A program made the position numbers and the translations under genes. The notes under the pieces are model-generated. The model was not told the origin of the DNA. It did no database searches and saw only the letters and a program-made list of their open reading frames with translations. From Octopus vulgaris (Eukaryota), in the NCBI GenBank assembly GCA_951406725.2, contig OX597823.1, positions 56,916,001 to 56,980,000 on the forward strand: a DNA stretch of 64,000 nucleotides, in the 5' to 3' direction. Positions 55,390 through 64,000 of the stretch are shown here, piece by piece. Every line of letters begins with the position of its first letter. The first letter of the stretch is position 1.

Positions 55390-55927
55390 AAAATATTCGA
55401 AAATGGGGTGGGTGTGAAATTTCCGAGGGGGTCCACTCCTCCCCACCGCGGTTTCCACACCCAGAAAAGGGGTTTTGCAATGATTCCGAGATATGAGGGG
55501 AGCTTCGATTTCCCTCCCCCTTTTTTCCGAACAAGCATAAACGGTTTGCCTTATAATAGGTCAAGTTACTTGATTCCACGAAAAAAATCCGAGTTTTTTT
55601 TTCTTAGTGAAAATCGTGCGGGTGAAAAGATCAATGGGGGTGAAATTTCCGTGGCTTCCACCTCACTACATCCCCTTTTTCCTGACCCCAAAAAGGATTT
55701 TGTAGCATATTAGGAGGTCACCGGAATTCATTCAAGGAAAACAAAAAACAAATTTCCACTGATTCCGGGATATGGGGTGGGTGGTAGTGGGATTCCGGTT
55801 TCCCACTACCCCTTTTTTTCGAACAAAAATAAGGGATTAGCAGCATATTAGGAGGTCAGGGTACTTGATTTCACGCAAAAAAATCGAGTTTTTTTCTTAT
55901 TGAAAATCGTGCGGGTGAAAGGATCAA
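55390..55927. repeat. GC-richer repeat with internal tandem duplication (Helentron/DINE-like subrepeats)
   Basis: 55491-55633 resembles 55760-55927 (GATTCCG.GATATG..TACTTGATT..AAAAAAATC.GAGTTTTTTT..GAAAATCGTGCGGGTGAAA). Confidence 0.6.
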
Positions 55928-55929
55928 AC

Positions 55930-56186
55930 TTTACCGAAACAATTCCTATTATAGTAGGCGCATTAGGTTTGATAAAAAAAAAACATTCAGATAAACACAT
56001 AACAAAAGCACCAAGACTTACAATTATATACAGCATACAGAAAAGATTACTACTAGGCACTTCACGCATCTTACGTAAAACACTTTTCATACAGTGAAAA
56101 TAAGAACACCACAACAAAACACAGCACATACCCAAGGCACACAGCTGCGCTCTGCAGTGCAGTGAAAGCATGTGAGTGTATATGAA

Positions 56187-56190
<4 letters not shown>
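55930..56190 (+). mobile_element. R4/Dong LINE 3' fragment, older copy
   Basis: ETIPIIVGALGLIKK..IQKRLLLGTSRILRKTL plus the same 3' UTR, followed by (TAA)n. Confidence 0.88.
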
Positions 56191-56269
<79 letters not shown>

Positions 56270-56765
56270 TAATAGATAAATATATACAAGAATAGTAACA
56301 TACTGAAACAATTATTAATAGTAACCGAGGAATACCAAGTATATTTTGGAAACCATATGATTATTGGAAATTTATCGTGAACCATAAAATACATAACACT
56401 TCTAAAAATTCAATTATGTCTTCCCAATCATATTTATCTTGAGTTTTTAGTAAAGCCACACAGGTAATACTGAATGTGACATCTTAAGAGAGAAAATATT
56501 CTTTGTTATAATCTTGTCAACTCTTCTATCTTGGGACTTGGTACCTTATTTATATTTATGGCAAGAAGTGAACGCGCTATAGAAAGAGTTACAAGCATTT
56601 GCCCTTAACAAAATACAATTTTTTTCCCTATTCCATTGTTGTTGTGTTACTAAATTTATTCAAAAATTATCAAAATATCAGAAGGATATATGCATATACA
56701 TGTATGTATGTATACATATATATATGTAAATGTATATGCATATATATATGTATATATATACGCAT

Positions 56766-56832
<67 letters not shown>

Positions 56833-56838
56833 TTATAT

Positions 56839-56877
<39 letters not shown>

Positions 56878-57224
56878 ACATATTTCGCTTTGGGATTTGG
56901 TTTGCAAGATTCTTCATGAGTTCGTGTGCTGAAGCATATTCTGTCGTGTCTGGGGAGAGTCATTCTGTTTTAGTGATTTGTAATCTAACACATTCACCGG
57001 TAAAATTTCCAATCATTTACTTATTTATTTTTCTAAAATTTTCGTTGCGTCTTGTAACCTTTTCAGTAGTTGTTGAGAGTTAAACAACAGTTGAAAACGT
57101 TGCAAGACGCAACGAAAATTTTAGAAATATAAAAAAAAAATAAATGAATGGAAATTTTACCAGTGAATCTGTTAAATGATAAGGCACTAAAAGAGAATGA
57201 CTCTCTCCAGACACAACAGAATAT
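56878..57224. mobile_element. Palindromic non-coding element in (TA)n with ~140-bp arms (56936-57224)
   Basis: ATATTCTGTCGTGTCTGGGGAGAGTCATTCT..TTTTCGTTGCGTCTTG / CAAGACGCAACGAAAA..AGAATGACTCTCTCCAGACACAACAGAATAT; each arm has YTGAAAA-stem-GAAA. Confidence 0.85.
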
Positions 57225-57233
57225 TATACACAT

Positions 57234-57271
<38 letters not shown>

Positions 57272-57592
57272 GGATGTATAAACATACTTGCATACATACA
57301 TATATAAATAAATACATACACACATATATATGTATATATATATATGTGTGTGTATGTGTATATATATATATACATAAACGTAATATACACATTTCATATG
57401 TTATTCGAATATGTAAGCTAGTCGGTTAACGCTAGTGCTTCTTTAGGAAAGAAAAAAATTATGAAAAGTTTTCTGTACGTCTAAGAAATATACGGTAATT
57501 GGAATTGAATTTAACGGGAGCAAGACTCCATACTGTGCATTTTACCAGACGAATAGCCTTTCGCACTTTTAGCTTTGGATTGTTTTATTATA

Positions 57593-57806
57593 AGCAACGA
57601 GGTGGTAGAATCGCTAGCGTGAAGGTCAAAATGTTTAGCGGCATTTCTCTCGGTTTGACTTACTGAGTTCAAATTCCGCTAACGTCAGCTTTGATTTAGA
57701 TCCTTTTGGGGTCGATAAAATGAGTACCAATTAAATACTGGGGCTAACGTAATCGACTAGCCCCTTCCCCACGGCACTTCAGCCCTTTTGCCTCCAGTAG
57801 AAAGAA
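57593..57806 (+). mobile_element. SINE family A, diverged
   Basis: CTGAGTTCAAATTCCG..GGGGTCGATAAAATGAGTACC. Confidence 0.75.
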
Positions 57807-58397
57807 TAATAGTCAGCTATTTCCAGAAGCTTTCAAAACCTATTCGCGCAGATATCCAGACAAGCAAGTATGGTGACATTCTCATCAATATCTCTTTGTC
57901 GCACTCCTTCTCTTTGTTTCTATTGCTGTCTTTTCTCTACCTTTTTCTTTTGTGTAATTTACTGGAAAAAAATATATATATTATACAGTGTAGTCAGAAA
58001 GATCGTAATATTTGTTATACAAACAAATGTAACGCCTAGGAAAACAGGGAAAAACCGCGATGGAGAAAAGACACAAACAGTGACAACACGATGTGACACA
58101 GTAAAAGATTTGTACGTAATTTGTTTACTGTTTCGGTAATTATTTAGCTGAGCAGGTGCAGTAAAGTCTATCGCCAGTTTACTTGACAATCACTTTTACA
58201 GACGTGTTATCACTTCTTTAGATGTTGACACATTTGTGTTTGCCAACGAATGTTGATAGAGAGATTAGACAGGAAGCTAGAGAGATAAGTAGCTGCGTGG
58301 CTAGTTAGATTCATTTCTTTATGATATATATATATATATATTAATAATACTACTACTAATAATAATAATAGTAATAATAATTATTATTATTATTTAA

Positions 58398-58600
58398 GGC
58401 GGCGAGTTGGTAGATTCGTTAGCACGCCGGGCAAAATGCTTAGCGGCATTTCATCCGTCTGAGTTCAAATTCCGCCGAGGTCAGCTTTGCCTTTCGTCAT
58501 TTCGGGGTCGATAAAATAAGTACCAGGTGAACACTTGGGTCAATGCAATCGACTCATTCCAACTTTCTCCAAACTGCCCTTGTGGCAAAAATTTGAAATA
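58398..58600 (+). mobile_element. SINE family A with an (AAT)n tail
   Basis: GGCGGCGAGTTGG..CGTTAGCACGCCGGGC..GGGGTCGATAAAATAAGTACCAG. Confidence 0.85.
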
Positions 58601-58627
58601 ATAATGATAATAATAATAATAATAATG

Positions 58628-58692
<65 letters not shown>

Positions 58693-59362
58693 TATTATTA
58701 TTATTATTATTATCATTATGTATTCTACTCACAAGGCTTCTGTTGTCCGCTGGCTATAGTCGAACACCTTAAGGTTCCGCGTAGTAGGGCTGAACCTAAG
58801 GCCACTTGGTTGCAAAGCAAAATTCTTAATCACACAACACTGGCGTCTATATATAGTATGAATAGAGTTAGCGGTCGTAGTAACCGACAAAGGGATAAAA
58901 TATTCGTATATGCTATCAGTATCCGTTACATGTGTTAACCCCGTGCAATGGTGTGCATGGACACCATGTACGTCGAGCGCAGGTAACAACAGGTTAAGCA
59001 AAAGTTTATCAGGAACCAATGGAAATAATTAGAAAATAGAGAAAGACACAGATTAACTACCGCATCGTTAGGACCGCATTTTAAAGCATATTTATTGATA
59101 CAATGCAAGACATAACAAATCTAACAGCTGTTTCTAATCAAAATACCAGAATGCAGTCTATGCATAAATGCGAGAATAACATTCTTTATCTTCATAGGGC
59201 ATCAGAGTGAAAAGCAAGAGCATACAATATAAACAAAAGGAAGACGGAAAAAGAAAGGGAAACATGACTTAGACAAAAAGTCTACAAGCTCAATATGTTA
59301 AGAGTAGAGTTATTTACCAGCAGGGCACAAAGAGTGTAGATGTGAGAGTGAGCTATTAAAGG

Positions 59363-59417
<55 letters not shown>

Positions 59418-59421
<4 letters not shown>

Positions 59422-59625
59422 GTAGGGGGAGAATTCACAAAAAACAAAAGACGAAGACAGGTGGTGTAGACAACAAACAGATGTATTAGTATAACGCCCG
59501 GGAAGTGAAGAAGTCTTTAACGTTTCGAGCCTACGCTCTTCCACAGAAAAGAACACAGTAAGAAGCAAGGAGAGAAAATAAAGAATGTTTAGTGACTAGC
59601 GATCGATCATTGCGAATGCCTGGCG
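59418..59625 (-). mobile_element. Short PLE pseudo-LTR-like element with a hammerhead-like motif (59515-59550)
   Basis: Minus strand tttt-CTGTGGAA-gagc-gtag-gctc-GAAA-cg-TT-aaag; paralogue of 9912-10110; abuts (TA)n. Confidence 0.6.
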
Positions 59626-60095
59626 TGTGTGTATGCATGTATGTATGGTATGTATTCTCAATCACTCACTCGCGCACATACGTATCTGCCCACACAAACA
59701 GATCACAAATTCCAGTTCCAGGAGTTGTTTTCATATTATAGTATATGTATCGCTGATGCCATTGTTTCTACAGTATTCCTTTTGTAATAGATTTTTTGTG
59801 AATTCTGGAAGTCAGATGTTACTGCCTTTATATACGTTTGTTACCATGACATTGTCTCAAATTGGAAACTGTGATAGAAGAATATCAAAGTGTATCTTGT
59901 ATACATTTCTCATATTATTTTAGGGAGGTTTGATAAAAAAAAATCTACGAGGTTTTATAAATCCAGGCTGTTGCGGTATTTGGTTCTACTTTTTGATGGA
60001 GGGAGCAGATTTGGAACTAAACCAGTTCGCTGACTAGTATAGCTATTTATATCAACATTGTTTGGGGCCGGTCTTTTTGGGATCTTCCATATATA

Positions 60096-60253
60096 GGCGC
60101 AGGAGTGGCTGTGTGGAAAGTAGCTTGCTTATCAATCACATTGTTCCTGATTCAGTCCCACTGTGTGGCATCCTGGGCGAGTGTCTTCTACTATAGCCTT
60201 GGGCTGACCAAATCCTTGTGGGTGGATTTGATAGACAGAAAGAATCCCGTCGC

Positions 60254-60294
<41 letters not shown>

Positions 60295-60580
60295 TGTGTG
60301 TGTTTGCGTATCTATGTTTGTCCCCCACCATCGCTTGGCAACCGATGTTGGTGTGTTTACAAGCCCATACGCTAGCGGCTCGGCAAAAGAGAACGATAGA
60401 AAAAGTCCTAGGCTTACAAAGAATAAGTCCTGGGGTCCTGAGTTTAAATTCCGCACAGATCGTCCTTGCCTTTCAACTTTTTCGGGGTCGATAAAATAAG
60501 TACCAGTTGAACACTGGATTCGATGTAATTGACTCATCCACACGCCCAAAATTGCTGCCCTTGTGGCAAATTTTGAAAAC
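60096..60580 (+). mobile_element. SINE family B (60096-60435) joined to a 5'-truncated SINE family A
   Basis: TAGGCGCAGGAGTGGCTGTGTGG head with internal (GT)n; junction at GTCCTGGGGTC|CTGAGTTTAAATTCCG. Confidence 0.8.
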
Positions 60581-60774
60581 ATCATGTAAGCCCGTAAAGT
60601 TAACAAGACGGTTTAGTAACTGCACTGAGGAAATCGGGATCTAAATGAGCATGCGTGTTTTGAAAATGACAGATCGACGAAAGGGAGATAATTAATTGCA
60701 AAGCAATTACACGCAGTCCTTTACAAATGTCAACAATTTCATAAACTAACACTAGAACGAGTGTCGGGTAGTTT

Positions 60775-61190
60775 ATCTTTAATTTCCGCTAAGATATACT
60801 TTGTAAGATGCGGGCATGATGAATAAATTTCGGTTTTGGTATTCATACAGACCCTGGTAGTTTTTAGTTTCTTTCAGAGGTATAATTTTTCAAGCGTGCA
60901 TACGGAACATCTTTTTGACTCGTTGATATAAGAGGTCTGGTCTTAGAAACGATCTCCCATTTGATGTTGTAGTTGATGTTCACATCCTTATGTCTCTGGA
61001 TTAACGTCAAGAAGGTTGTATGTCTCTTCTCGGGGTGCTTAAAGACAGAAAGATGATCGTTATATCTGGATTTAATACTTCCCTTCGAAGACCATCTATA
61101 ACGTTTGATCTCTGTCCAGCCGGTGCCATAATTTGCCGTATCTACGCCTCATGAACAACTGTGAATATATCGCATGCCTGCCATAGAGGA
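60775..61190 (-). pseudogene. PLE GIY-YIG endonuclease remnant of a second type (possibly Naiad-like)
   Basis: IKSRYNDHLSVFKHPEKRHTT..NYNIKWEIVSKTRP /frameshift/ RCSVCTLEK..MNTKTEIYSSCPHLTKYIL, with a CxxC...CxH C-terminus; not in the ORF track. Confidence 0.75.
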
Positions 61191-61271
61191 GGTTTAGAAA
61201 AATCTCTGCATGTGCATCTACGGCTGATCTGAGTCATCGGTTGCTTACAGATATATGTTTTTACATTAGAG

Positions 61272-61345
61272 CAGCGTTTCTCTGTCGGGGTTCCCCGGAA
61301 CCCTAGGGTTCTGCAAAAGGTTCCTAGGGGTTCCGCGAGAAAGAT
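61272..61345 (+). mobile_element. Isolated hAT (Charlie/Buster-type) terminus
   Basis: CAGCGTTTCTC..GGGGTTCCCCGGAACCCTAGGGTTC..GGGGTTCCGCGAG, preceded by CATTAGAG (NNNTANNN target pattern); the other end was not found. Confidence 0.6.
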
Positions 61346-61646
61346 TGAGATAAGCTAATGCTAATTTCATGATCGTAGTAGTATTACTATATATGTACAA
61401 TATATTATTTGTTATTGCAATATTGTAATATAGATATCACCAATGTTATCAAAAAATATATAACAACCATTGGGGATATATATAGTGATGTCTGTTATAT
61501 ATGGACATCATGTATCTCTTTTCTTTATTTTTACCCAAAAAACTAATAACCCAATGTAGCGGTTTTTGAAGAGGAAACATTCAGTAAATTTGGATGAGCC
61601 TAGTAATGAAGAGCCACGAGCACCTGTGCAGGGTTCCCATATATTA

Positions 61647-61690
<44 letters not shown>

Positions 61691-61769
61691 TTCAAGAAGG
61701 CAGTTAGCCACTGTCCCACTATTTTAGTCTATAATGAACTATTAATCTATTAGGATGTAAAGATAAATA

Positions 61770-61882
61770 TGTCGATTTTGGCCCTGAAGAGATGTCTGCC
61801 TACTGAACTCATAATACGATTGTTAACTATATAATAAATGAAGGTGGATATTGAAACGTTCGTAGGCATTACGTAATCGACA
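61770..61882 (+). ncRNA. Type I hammerhead ribozyme motif with an extended stem I
   Basis: tgtcgatt-ttg-gcc-CTGAAGA-gatgtctgcct..aggtggatatt-GAAA-cgttcg-TA-ggc-attacgt-aatcgaca; lies in a ~250-bp module between (TA)n tracts. Confidence 0.8.
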
Positions 61883-61937
61883 GTTATATAAATAAATTGA
61901 TTTTGCTGTATTCAAACTTTCCATTTTCTTTATGTTA

Positions 61938-61973
<36 letters not shown>

Positions 61974-61987
61974 TGGATGTATGTATG

Positions 61988-62088
<101 letters not shown>

Positions 62089-62755
62089 GTCAGATTTTCA
62101 CACAGTCGCCATCTGCCAAATTCACACACCATGTATTGGCCGGACCAGGGCTACTTTAGTAAACATTTGCTCAAGGTGCCGCACAGTGAGATTGAACCCG
62201 AAACCATGTGGTTGCAAAACAAGCTTCTAAACTACACCGCAATGTATGCGTCCATATTGCATAAATCAATCTAACATTACTTAGATTATTCGTTTGACAA
62301 GAGTTAAAGAACTCTGCATATTATAAAATAGAAAACTGTAATACCTTCTATCTTTTAATCCCGTTTTTGTAACGGAATCAGTAGTGAACTGAGCTTTTGA
62401 CTATTTTGTACAGTGACTTGCACAACTGGAGTTGATCTAAGGCCAAACATCAACTGCATCAACAAAACGAACGACACCATCAACAACCTACTTAACAAGG
62501 TGCTTGAGCGTTATATATATTTTTTTTTCTGCGAAGGTAATGCACTATCGCTGGTTGTACTCGAACCAACTTATACAACTAATTTTTGCGTGTTCTGCTG
62601 TTTTAACTGTATAAAACAACACAAAACTAAGGTGTATATGTCATATATACATGATGTATGCCAGGCGTATATATCAAATATGCACATGCTCGCGCGTATG
62701 TTTGTGTATATATGTGTGTTAGTACTAATACATTAGAGTATATGTAAGTATGTGC

Positions 62756-62807
<52 letters not shown>

Positions 62808-63399
62808 AAACATATTTTATATGTCCATACATACACACACATACATGTACATATATTTACGTAGATACACACATAGATGCACGTATGTTCGCGAGAACAT
62901 ACATTCACGTATATACATTGACATATATAGGTCTGTATTTAATAACAAGAATAATTATTCTGTATTGAAACCTGAGACCAATTACTCGTCTCTGCGTGTG
63001 TATGTGCGTGTTTGTGTGGGCGCGTGTATGTATATATATATATATACACATAAATGTGTGTTCACTCGCCCGCCCTCGCATGTGTGTGTGTATGTTTGTG
63101 TGTGTGTGTGTGTGTTTGTATATGGGACTGCTGCATAAAGTATATTTATTCCTTATTTAGACATAAACCCAATTACTGAAATGGAAGGTAGGAAGGAGTC
63201 TGACCTCATCGACACCCCCGCTCCACCCCACGCTACGTAGTGTGTATGTGTGTTTATTTTATCTCACTGTTGTTCAGATGAAAGAGAATGAATAACAAGG
63301 ACAAGAATCCGATTAAATGGCGGGAGAGAAAAGAAGAAACAGACACAAAGACGGAGAAGAGAGAGAGAGGAAGAGGGATAGAGATAGAGATAGAGGTAG

Positions 63400-63430
<31 letters not shown>

Positions 63431-63587
63431 TGGAGAGAGAGAGAGAAAGACAGAAAGTGAGTGTGTGATGTGAGGAATATGATGAAACTATGTACTGACT
63501 TTTGAGATATTTTCTATATTATACACACACACACACACACACACGCACATACGTTGGTCATTTCCCTCACGTAAAAAGTAAATAATA

Positions 63588-63620
63588 TTAATAATGATAA
63601 TAATAATAATAATGATGATG

Positions 63621-63663
<43 letters not shown>

Positions 63664-63752
63664 TAATAATAATAATAATAAAAATGATAATAATAATAAT
63701 AATAATAATAATGATAATAATAATGATAATAATAATAATAATAATAATAATG

Positions 63753-63786
<34 letters not shown>

Positions 63787-63890
63787 TAATAATAATAATA
63801 ATAATAATGATAATAATAATAATAATAATAATGATAATAATAATAATAATAATAACAACAATAATAATAATAATAATGATAATAATAATG

Positions 63891-63924
<34 letters not shown>

Positions 63925-64000
63925 TAATAATAATAATAATAATAATCATAATAATAATGATAATAATAATAATAATAATAATAATGATAATAATAATAAT
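63588..64000. repeat. Long (TAA/TGA)n microsatellite
   Basis: More than 400 bp, running off the right edge of the window. Confidence 0.97.

Overview
Eukaryotic, AT-rich, microsatellite-saturated DNA. The repeat complement (tRNA-derived SINEs with internal microsatellites, TAA-targeting R4/Dong LINEs, Penelope-like elements) looks like an octopus or other coleoid cephalopod genome; this assignment is from recognition, not a database search. I could not support any intact host protein-coding gene, and most ORFs in the track are microsatellite artefacts. Recognisable content: six 3' fragments of R4/Dong-type LINEs in (TAA)n, five of them clustered in the first 4.7 kb; three SINE families; decayed maT, mariner and hAT transposons; several MITEs, including a Merlin-like one with an 8-bp target-site duplication (TSD); a probable non-autonomous Helitron; and Penelope-like element (PLE) RT and GIY-YIG remnants. 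The most interesting signal is about ten minimal type I hammerhead-ribozyme-like motifs in short non-coding modules embedded in (TA)n, several of them fold-back palindromes. Some have canonical cores (13347, 39284, 61770, 6569). Others have recurrent non-canonical cores (a U3-A8 swap; CUGUNGAA). All folds were done by eye, and boundaries of decayed repeats are approximate.
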